In this document: in pieces, positions 39,110 through 53,426 of the stretch | Layout of the letters: the number at the start of each line of letters is the position of its first letter | How positions within the stretch are numbered: position 1 is the stretch's first letter | Assembly (NCBI GenBank): GCA_021613535.1 | Contig: CP075493.1 | Span: 9,424,001-9,488,000, forward strand | Length of the DNA stretch: 64,000 nucleotides | Reading direction: 5' to 3' | Source: Adineta vaga | Taxonomy: Eukaryota > Animalia > Rotifera | The notes under the pieces: generated by a model | What the model saw: only the letters and a program-made list of their open reading frames with translations | What the model was told of the DNA's origin: nothing | Database searches by the model: none | Translations under genes and position numbers: made by a program

Positions 39110-42100
39110 ATGACCGATCGTGATGATATTAATGAGGTCTGTCGATTTATCTTCAAATATCATTTGTTTATTTTTCTTTTGAAATAATCTTCTAAATAGA
39201 TTGTTGAAATCGATTTTGAAGTTGGTCATATATCGACAATTCGAGCCGAACCAACGACAAATCATTATCCCCCACGTACACATGATTGGAAAGTATATTT
39301 ACGTTCTGCTGATGTTCATGGTGATTTAAGTTGTCTTATACAACGTTGTGTTTTCTATTTACATCCAGAATTTCCGAATAATAAACGAGGTAAAATCGAA
39401 AGTATGGGTTCAATGATTCCAAAATATAATATGTTTTAGAATTAAAATCAACCCCATTCGCTATTCAAGAATCAGGTTATGCTGGTTTTCATTTGGTATG
39501 TCTTTGTTTAATTGATAAATCTGTATTTGATACATATAGATATATCAATTGTTTTGTTTTTACTTTTAGCCAATTGAAATATATTTTAAAACGAAAAAAG
39601 AACCGAAAAAATTTCGTATTGAATACGATCTTGATTTACATACAAATATTGATGGTCGTCCATTTCGACAGAAAGAAAGTTATGTACGAAAGTATCGATG
39701 CACATTCTATGATCCTGATCCAGAATTTCGACAAAAAATCTTAGCAGCTGGCGGGGTAAGAGAACATTCGACTTTTTTTCTCGGTTAAACATCTGTATTA
39801 TTAACCTTTTCAAGGCGTTAGTCTTTGTTAACAAACCGTAACGAATATTATTTTTTTTTCTCTATAGAAATCAAAAAACAAATTTCTTCGTTTTTGTAAT
39901 TCAAGGACATTGAATTATTTTCATTGTAGAATATTCTTTTTGCTTTTGTAATCTTATCTCTATCAATTGCGATTGATATCGTAATTATACATTTCATTTT
40001 TGATCAAATTTGACTTTGAGTACAAATATTGTTTGATAAAATCGTCTGTTGAACTGTAAGATGCTTCGTCATCGTATTCATCTTTCGTTGATTTGCTTTT
40101 ATTTTATCTTTATGTATATGTATATATATATACATGTACATATCATCAATCGACTGATTTTGTACATTCGATGAATATAGACAATTTATATTTCTACGCA
40201 TCACATAATTTTATCATGAAGTTAAAACAAAACGATTTCTTTTGCTTAAGTATTAGAGAGAAAGACCTTGACGGACTCATCGAATGAACAAAAGATAAAC
40301 GATCGATTATTCTTCGAAAAAAATAATAAATTAGATAGTGTAAATCATTTAGATTGAATAAAAAGTTCTCTTTTTTTATTTTTATGAATAGAAAATTAAG
40401 GATTCAAGTACAATATCGACGAATAATAATGAAAGTGATGAGAGTGATGGCGAAGAAAAACAATTACTAGCTCCTCCACCGCCACCACCACCACCACCAC
40501 CACCGCCACCATTATCTGAACCAGCTGTTCGACATTCATCACCTCCACAAAAACGACCTTTTTCACCTGTTCCAACAGTAAATTCAACAACAAATAATAA
40601 AAAAGTTAAAACTGAATCATCAATTATTAATCCAAAGAAAAAGCAATCTCAACAGTCAATAGTTAAGAATGAAAATTCCACGAAATTAACAGTGAATAAT
40701 ATAAATCCCACGAAAAAATCCCAATTTGCACCCTCAAATAAATCATCACCATCACTTGTTGAAGAAAAATCGACTAAAATTTCCATATCTAAAGATTTGA
40801 ATTCAACTGCATCGTTGGTATCGACAACTAATGCATCTTCTGAAGGTAACGTGAAATCTTTCCTTTTTGTCTTTTTGTTCTTCTATCATTCTATATTATT
40901 TAGATGCATCATTATCTAAACCTCGTCCATCGACAACAAAAGTGAAACTAGAAAATGATAATAAACCTGCAATTCAATCAACGACAACTGTAACTACAAA
41001 GAAAAAAGAATCTGTACCATCTCCATCAAAAGCTACTAGTACTCCACAAGTTTCATTGAAAAAACCAATACAAATGCCAATTAATAAGCCTATACAGAAA
41101 ATTCCTATCAAAATTGAACAAACACCTACTACTACTACTACTACCACTGCCAACACCACCACCACCACCACCACCACAATAAAATCACCGTCAAATGTGA
41201 ATATAAAACGAGAATCATCACCGAATATGCATTCTTCGAACAGTACAACTTCAACAGTTTCAATTAGTAGTTTAAAGAAAATTCCGAAAAAAGTTGCTCC
41301 ACCACTTCCACCACCACCGCCAATCGTTGAGAAACGTGTCCGTTCACCAATGACTCCTCCACCATCAAATCGCAATTCTGATCGAGTAAGAATACTTTCT
41401 AATTTTTTGATACTTCAATTGAGTTGTTTTTTTTAAAGGATTCTCATCGACATCAATCTTCTTCATCGAAAAATCATTCCAATTCTAAACGAGATCGTTC
41501 TTCAACATCAAGAACAACCCCACCATCTTCATCTATCAATAATTCTACCAGTAGTCGAAGTAGCAGTAGCAGTAATCGATCAGGAAAACGTAGTGGAAGT
41601 AGTCGAGGTAAAATACAAGAAAAAAAACTATGTTCAAACAAAATAGAACTAATTCAAATTTCTTTTATTTTACGTTCAGGTCGTTCGCGTTCTCGAAGTC
41701 GTTCTCGATCACGTTCGCGTAATCGTTCAAGTCATCAAACGCATCATAATAGTCGTTCACACCATTCATCTACATCATCTCGTCATTCGTCCCAACAAAA
41801 AGATCGATCCAATCGTCATACTCCGCCGCATCTACATCAATCATCTATGTCAAAATCTTCTTCCTCACATCATAAAAGTCGTTGTACACCTACTCCACCA
41901 AAATCAACCCGAAGTCCTTTACGATCAGCTCAAACACATCAGGATCTTCCTGCATCTTCGAATGAATCATCAGTACCATTAATTCCATCGTCCATCAATA
42001 CTCCACAATCTCGACCAGATAGTGTTGAACCACAAGTAGCTGCTTCAACAGCTGGTTCACCTGTTACACATATTTTCCATAGTGAAGATGACCATACTCA

Positions 42101-42590
42101 AACTCCAATGGATATTGATGGACAAAGTGATGATGATACAAATGCTAATCGACAACTTCCATTATCTGATGAACATGATCAAATATCTCCTTCCTCATTA
42201 ACCTTTGTTCCGAATGAATCCCAAAAATTGTTAACAAATCGAAATTCTCAATCTGATCATTCCTATTCATCATTGGATACAAATGAAAGTAATGATGAAA
42301 GTAATTTATCTTTAGAAGATGATGATGATGATTTACCAACAGTTTTAACCGATGATAATTTACGTTCAAAATTAATCTATATTTATAATCGTTTTACATC
42401 TAATTCTACTAATGATTTGCCAACTTTTGTGACATTCTTTAAACGACATCGTCTAATTGATACTTCATCGAAATCAACCAATGGAATGTTTACTTATGAT
42501 CTTTTCTCATTGAATCCATTATTAATTGATGAATTAGCTACAGATCTTGGCTATTTAACAAATCCTCTTATCAATAGAACAGAACAGTGA
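39110..42590 (+). CDS. ENL/AF9-family YEATS-domain transcription elongation factor
   Basis: FEVGH..THDWKVY..VFYLHPEFPNNKR..PFAIQESGYAGF..IEIYFK (YEATS); long S/T/P-rich linker; C-terminal FTYDLFSLNPLLIDEL resembling the AHD. Confidence 0.9.
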
Positions 42591-45500
42591 TCTCTTATTT
42601 CCCAAAATTAAAATCTATATATTATACATGTACACATTTAAATTGTATGCAAATCTTTCTTTTTTTTCATTTCTTCTTGTTTATTTATGAGAATATATCT
42701 GTTGAAATATGATGTCTTTTCATTTTCTTTTCTCTTACTTGTATAATTTGTTTTTGTTCGTTTTATCTATTCTTTCTCTCTCGTTGGTTTCTTACGTTGT
42801 TCATTATCACATTGTCTTTCAAGCATGTGCACTATATTATATATGAGTGTGTACAAATGGTGCCTGACAGAGAGTTGTTTTCTTTCTTTCTTTCTTTCTT
42901 TTTTGTTAATTTGGATCTTATTTGTTCAGTATAACAAAAGAATAAAGAATAGTTGATGCTAAATTTATTTCATCGCAATTTCAAAGATTGACTCAACGTA
43001 TTCAATTGCACTTAATTCACATCGAAATTTGTAATTGACATACAGAGTATGGTTTCCTCACAAATATATATCCAAAAGTAGAATAAATAGTCTAAAAAAT
43101 TTGATCGCTAACGACAGCTTATTTACGGTTCATTGAAAACGCCGGACTATGGAAATTAAAACTGTTGTTATATACTCTTATTGTAACTAGTAGTCAAAAT
43201 CTGTTACTTATTCACCCTAAAAATGTTCATATCTGAGATTTTTCTTCTCTTGAATCTTTTATTGTATTTGATTTTTTATTTCAATTTTGAAAGTAAAACT
43301 AGAAGAAAATCTGCTTTTGAACCAATTTGAATTATGCCATCATACATAGATGTGTTTATACTCATACAGTGGAAGAATACAAATAAATTCATCAATTATA
43401 GACGCCTGTCGACTATTTGCTTCACGATTAGCTTATGAATTTCGGTTTTAATTTAAGAAGAAAAAAAGAATCGTTGTTAAAACCACTAAAATGTTTTGTT
43501 CGGCATTTGTACTCGAAAATAAAATCGATCCGTTACAAAATTCTTGACTTTTGATTCATTTGTATACACAATTCAATGCAGTATTGTATAGAGTGTGAAT
43601 ATGAGTAAAAAAAAGGATTATGATACCTCCTTCTACAATCCTGATATAACAACGAAAGTATGAAAGATAGTCGATGCTGAATCTATATGATGTGAATGAA
43701 TAACCCAGATTCAATTTTCAAGATAAACTTTCAAATATTTAATTTCCTTTGTTTCGTTTACTTGAGAAATGAACTAAATATAGTTTGGAATTTATTTTAA
43801 TTGTACATCATATAATCATTCGTTTTTAAATCACTGCAAAGCATAGAAAAAATGTATTTATTCTTTTCGATTTTCCTCCTATGTCTTGTTTTTTTCTTTT
43901 TGACCAAGTTTAAACAGCATAATGCTTTGAAAAGTGAAGCCATGACTTACAATCATAACATATCATCTGACTTTACATCGAAATTTGTAATTAGCATGCG
44001 GATTATGTTTTCATCACACATCGATATGAGGACAAAAAAAGGCGTTTTGTCTGCTGTGTTTTATTTGGTTGTCAATGACAAAGTGATATCATATACATAT
44101 TCAGTTCGGTTCGTTTTTTTTCCTCTTCAGACGATTATTATATGTGCATAGAAATTCACATACAACAACTACTATTTTTGAAGTACATCTGAAGAAGTTT
44201 TGTATCTGGGAAGAAGAAAAGCAACGAACATCGAGGACGTATGTACCAAATCGAATCAAGAAGGAAATGATGTTTTTTCTTCATTGAAATGGAAGATCTT
44301 CACTTGTAAGTCTCGGTTTAGAATAATTGTTTTCTTTCGCTGAAGTAAAATTGTTTATTTAGCTTACTATTTGTTTTCTTTATTTCGCTAGATTCGATCA
44401 ATTTCAAATAAATAATAAGTTGTACATTTGATATTCTTGTTTCTATTGTTGAACGACTCCTTTTTTTTCTACTTCTATCTAATTTTTTCTGTCATCTTAA
44501 CATTGACAACCGAAAACAAATAAGTCTATACATGTTAGAAATTGGAAAGAATAAGACAAAGGAAAAAAAGAAAAAAAGAAAGAAAGAAAAAATGAAAATC
44601 ATATTAGCGTTCCTTTTCAGAACCGTTCTCAATACACAAGAGCTGCGAACACCATAATAAAAGAAGAAAAAGAAGAAGAAGAAGTCTCTATTGTGCCGTA
44701 TGTATGCATTGTAGGCATCCATTTAAAAAAACATACATTTTTTTTATTCAATTTAATGTTTGCAGAACATATATTTGCGCGAAGTCAAACTTATACATTT
44801 AAGGGTGTGAGTTTATTTTTATCCAGATCGTTCAGTTTACAAATGATGATCACTATGGGTACGAAATGAATATAGGTGTAAGTTGTCAATAGAAAAGAAG
44901 GAATTGTGCTAGCACTTCATTGTCAAGGACATACGTGTTAATTTAGTGTTTAATTTCCTTTATGAATGTCTACTATTTAGTTAGTTTTCCTTTTTGCATT
45001 GTTAATTCTCTGAAAAGAATTTAAGACTTTTCTATTTGCATGACTGATAAGATAAAACCTTATTTTTCTTAATAAACCTCAAACAATCTTAACTGAGAAT
45101 CATTGAAGATGCTTGTCTAATTGAGCATGATCTAATCAAGTTTTTCTTTTCCTAATTGGAAGAAATGAAAATTTCAAACAGTTATAACAATAAGTTCTTC
45201 GTTGTCGTCATCATCATCGTCATTTTGTTTTCTTTCCTTTCTCTTGACAACAGTCTGTCACTAAATTACTACACCATACATCTTTTATTGAATTGCGGCG
45301 CTCTTGAGAACTTTCTTTCCACCGATCACACAAGTGACTATTGTGCTTTCGCCTATGCGTAATTATCAGAACAATATACATATACAATGTTGCTACGCGA
45401 CTGAGCCTTTCCGTTGTTATCAAAAGAACAAATAACGGCGCATATAATTGTACAATACTTGTGAATGACATCTTTTTTTCTGATTTTACTTATTGAGTTA

Positions 45501-46161
45501 AAGCGTAGAAAAACAGAACAACAAATTTGAAGTAAGTGTACAAGATATAATCATTAAACAAACAAATCGACTGTTAAGTGGCAAATCGAAATACTTCGAT
45601 TTTGCAGCAGACGCAGGCGTCAACTTTTCTTTTAAATTAATCATTTGCTGAATCTTTTTTTAGCTTTAAAAATTCGAAATATTGATTTTCTTTTTCTTTT
45701 CGTACTTAACAATTATCGGTACTTACGTGTCACCGATTGAAAGAAGTTTCATTTCTCATTTGATTATTTTTCTTTCTACATCACACACATACATACATAC
45801 ATACACACAATCGTATGTTGATCGATAGTATTGGTTACCACATTTATTTGGTAACCTTACTAATGCTTTTTATTAAACTAATTGACAAATCAAGTTTATT
45901 TCGTTGAGATTTTTCCTTTTCACATTATCAACCATGAAGGTAGTTCACAAAAAAAGTCAAAATTATGAGAAAAAATAAAACTATAAAAATTGTTCGAAAC
46001 CAGTTTTTTCTTCTTCTTTTAGATATATATTTTTGCAATGTTCAAAGCAACAATGGGTATTATTTTACATTTAGTCTTATCTTTCGAATGTAATTTTTCT
46101 AATTGCTGCTAATTGATTTCTTATTTTCTTATTTTAATTTTCCAAATATACAATATAATAA

Positions 46162-49100
46162 ATGACAACTGAATATGAGCAACCCCATAGCCAACGTGGC
46201 TACCAACAGTATGAACCTCGCGGTCATCAGCAGTATGAACCTCGCGGTCATCAGCAGTATGAACCTCGCGGTCATGAACAGTACGAACCGCGTGGCCATC
46301 AACAGTACGAACCGCGTAGTCATCAGCAGTATGAACCTCGCGGTCGTGAACAGTATGAGCAACAGCCTTATCAAGAATATGAACAACGTAGTCATCAGCA
46401 ATATGATCAACGTGAAACACAACAACGTGCGACAATTCCTGAACGTGGTCGTGCTATTCGATTGATGAGAAATGGTGATCCGTATTTTACAGGCCGTACA
46501 TTTGTAATTAATCAACGAAAATACCCATTATTTGATGTCTTTTTGGATGATGCATCACAAGCCTTACGTGCTAATTTTGGAGCTGTTCGATGTATCTATA
46601 CACCAAAATATGGTACAAGACTAAAAGATATCTCTGAACTTGAAGATCATCGTACCTATGTCGCCGGTGGCGGAGAAAGATTCAAAAAAATCCAGTAAAT
46701 AACATTTATATATATGTTGATTTTAACATCTCTTCCTTTCTAGCTATTTAGATATTGCAGAAGGTAAACGAATTGCTACGAAAGGACAAACTATGCCTAA
46801 AGTAAGTTCATATATAAATATATATATATTAGATTAGCTTTATCCTATATAACATTGTGTACATATGTATAAAAATAGCTGCCTCTTTCAAATGTTCTTA
46901 ACAGTTATTTAAAGTTTTGTATGATATGTTGACGACCGAAGTTTACGCGCAATGTTGAATATTTCTACTAGTTTCTTCGATGTAACAATTCTTTCATATA
47001 CTTCAGGTTCAACTTCCACCGGTTCGACGTATTGATGTCGAAGGACGAGCATTAAAATTATCTCGCTCAGAAAATGTTATAATCTAGTAAATCTTTATTT
47101 ATATTTTTTTAATTTCAACTAATTTTCTTTTACAAGTGTTTATCGTAATGGTGATCCCTTAACATTACCTTCCAAAATTCTTCTTGTTAAATCAATATTA
47201 CAAAGTTGGGAATCTGTTCTCGATGAGATCACAAGAAAAGTATCTCTATCGCATACAGCTGTATTAAAGTTTGTATCGACATACTATCTCAATATTCTTT
47301 CAAATGACAGTATTGTTGTTTTAGATTATATTCCATGAATGGAGAGTTGATAATATCAGCACAACAACTTGAATACAATGGAATGTATGTTGCAGCGGGT
47401 AAAGAACGATTTAAACGTGTTGAATATCCAGATCCTAAATCATTCAGTGCAAATTCATCGCCAAAACTGTCGAGAAAATCGTAAGTAAAAATCAAATGAA
47501 ATAAAGTATTCTAATAATTCTATGTAACGAAAAAAATCGAAAACGATCTAAATACATGAGATATATTCCTTTGTTTCCATTAGATCCAAGCACCAGCTTT
47601 TCGTGTAAGTATCAAAGCGATCTCGATTATAAATCTACATTGCAAAGCAGATGTATTGGATGTTGATTTATATCAATTAATCTCTAACATTGACATGAGT
47701 TTCCTAACCAAGAAAAAAGAAGTTTTCTCAGATGTTATTTACCAAGGACAACTCTATCATCATTATTTTATAGTGTTCGTCCTCAAATAAGATTACCTCC
47801 ATTACACAAGAGAGTCGATGATTCTAGTACTGATCGTGAATATCGAACATCTTCATCTGAAAGACAACAAAGGTAGTTCTTTCGAATGCTACGATTAGGT
47901 CTAATCAATTGCAAGTTGCATAATTCTAAACATCATCTAACATAATGCTAGCTTGTACGTCTCTTGTTCTTCTCCTCCTCCTCCTCCTGTTATTCCTTTT
48001 TGTTTTATTTAAATCGTCAATCTATATTTCAATCGATCCTACTTTAGATATATCAAAAATGATGGAACATATACACATACGACTACAACAGCAACATCCT
48101 ATGGAAGTACAGAAACTGCAGGACAGTAAGTCACTATTAAGATGATTAATTCGAGTCTATAATGTTTGTTTAAAGTCGACGTCCTATTCGAGAAGAAAAT
48201 GATTTTTTTAATAATAAACCACAGCAACATCGACGTGGACCTGTTAAAGAAACGGATCTTGATCGAGGTTGTATGACAAACGCAACGAATTCTAAAAACA
48301 TCCAAAGATATTTCTTCTTTGCTCTTTAGATGATGGTGGTATTTATAAAAATCGATTGAATCATCGTGAACGTATTCGAGAAATTGATGAAACACGTGAT
48401 ACAAAAGTTGATTTGCCAGTGGAACATCGACAAGTTGAAACTGTAGAAGATGAAAACTTCTATGGAAATGCAGGAGTAAGCAAATTTCCTTCTTCTTATG
48501 TTCGAGTTATTCCAAACTGATAGTTGAATATCTATTCTAAATGTTTGTAAGTTTTACACTTTATCATTTTCGTATTATTATTTAAGAAAATTCCTCGTCG
48601 CCATGAACAACCACCGAATCAATCTATTTCTGACGTTCGTCAACGACCAACGAAAGTATGATATTTTTTCTTTCTATACTATAATTTAATTGACATGCAT
48701 CCATTTTTTTCTAGAGTCCTCCAATGAATTATCGCAATGAGGACAATCGTTTTCCAAACAGCAATCATCGTAATCATAGTTATAATAATGATTATGATCG
48801 TCGTACTCCGCCACAAATCGATGATGATCCTATTGAACGTCGACAATCATTTGTATCATCAAATACCTTGGTATGTTAGTTTTTTATTAAAAAAAAGACT
48901 TTTCCTATAAAATCTACTAACATGGGGTTAACATGTGTGCATGCTTGTTCGCTACAATAGGCTAACAGAGACAAAGAGGAACAAGCGGCAACAGTCATTC
49001 AATCTCATGTTCGTGGATATCTTACTCGCAAACAGACGCAAGAACCTTTACAAAAACGTCGAATGTATGATGAGGAACGTAATGGATATCAGTATTGTCA

Positions 49101-49485
49101 ACCATCGCAAACAACTGAGGTGAATGCTTTGCTTCTATACTAATGAAATTCGTGTTCGTAAAAATTTTCAAACTGATCTTAGTGCGTTTAACTCTTGCTT
49201 GTTTCTAATGAAGAAAAACGATGATTTACTTCCTCTTCTTCTAAATCGTTAAATTATTCTAGACTTCTTCGAAATCATCATTCTATCGTCAAAACTTCGT
49301 ATGAAAGACATGTACAAACTAGAGCTTAAAGTATGCAAATAATATACTTGACATTGTTAAGCATTCGATATGTTCCTAATGCTTTTTGAAAGAAACTAAT
49401 CTTCACAAATATTTGTTTTATCTATTCATTGATATTTGTTTTGTATTTTTAGCGTGGTCATAGCAAACAACATAATTATGCATGA
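46162..49485 (+). CDS. Tandem doublecortin (DCX) domain protein with N-terminal repeats and a C-terminal IQ motif
   Basis: IRLMRNGDPYFTG..FDVFLDD..GAVRCIYTP..YVAGGGERFKK (DCX1); VYRNGD..WESVLDEIT..LYSMNG..YVAAGKERFK (DCX2); AATVIQSHVRGYLTRK (IQ); terminal exon ambiguous. Confidence 0.85.
46198..46410 (+). repeat. Coding 24-bp tandem repeat (QQYEPRGH)
   Basis: cagcagtatgaacctcgcggtcat units, about 6 good copies plus degenerate ones, with synonymous variation. Confidence 0.95.
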
Positions 49486-50288
49486 TATATACATATACTT
49501 CGATGAAATTGTTTTTTGGTTAAAATATTTCTTTTTTACGATATGATACCTTTACATCATATACCTTATTTTCTATTTGAGAAAAAAAAGAAATATATAT
49601 TTATATATTGTGCTATTTATCCTTCTCTCTATTTTGATTTCATTCTTTGATATGTTACTTAGACACTGTCTTTGTTATAATCATTGTACGAATACTTTGA
49701 AACAGTAAATTATACCTCTCCAGCATATTTGAAAATAAAACCTTTATCATCAAATACTGCCTATTAAATTTTGATTAATATATGAAATTCACATATTTTT
49801 GAAAGAAAATGAACATATGATCGTGGAAATGACTAGTATTTTATTTACTAGATGTTAAATTTTTTTAAAATACTTCTTATCATCATCATCATAAGGTCAT
49901 ATTACATCATCTCTCTGTCTTCTTCCTTCAAAAATAAAAACAACTTTTTAGTCTAAACATGAATTTTAATTTCATCATGATGAGTAATAACACTAGGTGT
50001 CGTTAAGCAAACTCTATGTATGATGTTTATATTTCATCCTTCAAGTATGAGTATGATCAATGTCGTCATGTTTTGTTTATGATTCTTTCTGATTGAAAAA
50101 TCATTCGTGTAGGTGGATGTAATGAAAGAAATAGACTTTTGTTGAGAAAGAATACAAATATTTCACCTAATAACGAAGGTGATACTGTACACTCGATGAC
50201 GAAGTTATGAATGATAATATGATAAGTATCGAACTTAATATACAAACAAGAAGAAACGAGAACATTTATGATACTTTGTACCGTCACA

Positions 50289-50314
50289 GGGGGTGCACAT
50301 CTGTGTGCACCCCC
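50289..50314. repeat. GC-rich perfect inverted repeat (11-bp stem, 4-nt loop)
   Basis: gggggtgcaca-tctg-tgtgcaccccc. Confidence 0.9.
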
Positions 50315-50521
50315 AGTCGCCACATTCTATAAACTTGTGATGAAGTCGTTTTCATTCTTCATATGTCCCCCATTGAGTAAGTGACGTCGACAATTGGTTA
50401 CAACTTTTTTTTATTTCTTTTGCTCAAGCTACAGTTTGTTTTTCTTCATGCGAATGTATCTATATAAATAGAAATTCGTTTGTTATATTTTCTCAAGTTT
50501 CTTTTTTGTCTCAACAATCAA

Positions 50522-51641
50522 ATGGGTGCAAGCGAAAGTACTTCTATTGATGTTTCATTCAATCGACCGAATTTATTCTATTTTGCTGGTGAACAAATAA
50601 CTGGCAATATTTCCTTCAAAAATACTCGGGACAAACTAACATTAGACGGAATCTTTCTCGAATTTATTGGAGAAGCTGGTTATACAACACGAGAAGCAAG
50701 ACGTCGACATGATAGTAGTGGTCGATCAAATACAGAATACTATACCGAATATCATCAAATACCTTTTATAACTCATCGCATACCTGTTATAGAACCACAA
50801 CATGGACAGGTAAATATCAACTAGCACAATAATCTTCAATAAAATTCTTTCTTTCTAGCGTGAATTATATCTCTATCGTGGGCAACATTCTTGGCCATTT
50901 GAATTTGTTCTTCCTCAATGTTTACCACCATCCTCACTGCCATTACGAGTCTTATATCCATATATAAAATATTATGTACGCATCGTCCTCGATAAACCAT
51001 GGTATAAACCAAATGCTAAACAAGTACATACATTAACAATATTTCCACGTGTAAATATCAATCAAATTCCTAATGCTCAACAATCTGTTTTATCTACGCA
51101 ATCGAATCGAAAAAAAGTTAATTTACAAGGTCATTTAATACAAAATGGTGTTGTACCTGGTGAAAAACTCTCATTAAATATCAATCTTTTAAATCCTAAG
51201 CGTGCTGATATTAAACGAATTGAAGCAACATTGATTCAACATCGACAAATTGCTCTAAGTCAACAATCAGAAACTATTTTTCGTATGGAATTACCTGAAC
51301 TTCATGAATTTAACGGAACAAATTTTCATCAAATCTTTGAATTACCGATTCCATCCGATTATCTATCACCAACCTATACTTATACAACACAATGTTGTGG
51401 ACCATCACTCGGTATTGCTTTTAATTATGAATTAAAATTAGATGTTAAAGTTCGAGGTTTATTTACTGATTTTAAAGTCAGTATGCCCGTTCTCATTGGT
51501 ACAGATACATCATATGATGAACAACCACCATCGTTCATGAATAATTTTGATCATATACCAATTGCAAGTGCTCCTGCATATGATTATGAAGAAGTACCAC
51601 CACCAACTTATGAATCAATCATTACAAATGTAAAACAGTGA
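50522..51641 (+). CDS. Alpha-arrestin (arrestin N and C domains, PPxY), copy 1
   Basis: FYFAGEQITG.., GQHSWPFEFVLPQCLPPS..IKYYVRIVLDKPW, LSPT, YELKLDVKV, MPVLIGT, PPPTY; one intron near 50809-50858. Confidence 0.92.
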
Positions 51642-52089
51642 AATATGCATTAGAAACTATTTATTTTTATTTTGTTATTATATTTGTTATAATCGAAATG
51701 TATAGTAAATTTATAAACTCAATGCATTTATGATTGATTTTATATTCACATACAAATATACTGTATGTTTTTGCAAATCATAGTAAATATTCAATTGAAT
51801 CAGTTATGAATATTGATAAGAAATGTGACTTAATACTCGACAAAAACAAACAATCTACTTTTCTGTCATATCTTGATTCGCTCGATTGATTTCTATCCTC
51901 AAACTATCAATAGTTTTGACCTGTCTAGCAAAATAACTCCCCCGTTTATACCATTTCAAACGCATGAAAAAGTAATATAAACAAAACTTGTATATATATA
52001 ATCATAGAAAAAAAAACCCATCATGTGATACATATTAATAAGCTGAGAAATCATTTTAAATCCTTTGCTTTGCATTTTCTTACGTTGAT

Positions 52090-53205
52090 ATGGGATTAAA
52101 CAGTAGTGTTGGAATTAATGTAAATTTTGATCGTCAAAATGCATTGTATTATGCTGGTGAAAAGATAACTGGTTTAATTTCGTTTCAAAATAATTATAAA
52201 AGATTGAAATTAAAATCAATATCATTACAATTCATTGGCGAATTTGATTATATACAACCAGATTTATATCAAGAATATGATGGTCTTGATCATTCATATG
52301 CAGAATATCGAAGTATAAATAATCGAAAATCATTTATTACTATTCGTTATCCTATACTCTATCCAAAAGAAAATGAGGTAAAAATATATTAAAGTAAAGA
52401 TCATTTTTTTTAATTGATTTCAAATGTTATCTTCTAGAATTTAGTAGTTCTACATCAGGGTCAATATTCTTGGCCATTTGAATTTACTCTTCCTCAATTA
52501 TTACCACCATCGTCAAGTCCAACGACTGTTTTACATCCATGTATAAGATATTATACACGTATTATCGTAGATAAATCATGGTATCAACAAAATATCACGC
52601 GAGTTTATCCATTGATCATATTTCCCCATGTGAACATTTTCCATTGTGATATTAGACGACAATCAACATGTCAATGTCATATAAATCGTCAGAATTTTCA
52701 AATGAAAGTTTCTTTACAGCAACGTGCGATTTTACCTGGACAAACAGTTTGTCTTGATGTTGATCTTAATAATCCTAAACGATTACAAATTGAAAGAATT
52801 GATACAAAATTAATTCAACATCGTGTAATTAATACAGATCATCATAAAGAAATTCTTTTACATATTGATCTACCTGGTCTTTTAAATTTTGATCAAAGAC
52901 AATTACAACAAACTTTTCATTTCGATATACCATTCGATTATTTATCACCAACCTTTGATTGTAAAATCAAAGGTCGACATTCATCAATTTCTATTAGTAT
53001 TTATTATGAATTAAAATTTAAAGCAATAGTTCACGGAATATCGGATGATATCGATTTTAGTATGCCGATTATAATTGGAACTGAATCATCATCGGAACTA
53101 CATGATCATTACGACGATATACCAATTAGTTATATAGATGCTTTGAAAGAAACGGAATTACCACCTGATTATCAATCAGTGATGACAAATCTACTATTAG
53201 AATAA
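52090..53205 (+). CDS. Alpha-arrestin, tandem copy 2
   Basis: YYAGEKITG.., GQYSWPFEFTLPQLLPPS, LSPT, YELKFKA, MPIIIGT, LPPDY; intron at the same position as copy 1. Confidence 0.92.
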
Positions 53206-53426
53206 GTCTAAATCATTTATCAGTCATCGTTTATATCATATTTCTTTTCTCAGTAAAATATGTATTACGATATGATCACCTGTATCGTCTATTTTTGAAT
53301 TATCTATTTGTAAATTGACGCATCTATTCTTCTTGAATAAACTATTGAAAAACAAATTAATCCATATGGATTTATCGTTTCATATTACATATTTTTTTCA
53401 CATTGTGAAAAAACCTATTTGCAATA

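Noticed and set aside
42650-46100. Hydrophobic short ORFs in the long intergenic region
   Set aside because: F/I/K-rich translations expected from poly-T/poly-A low-complexity DNA
46121-46515. Overlapping ORFs in several frames and on both strands
   Set aside because: Shadow ORFs produced by the 24-bp coding repeat of the DCX gene
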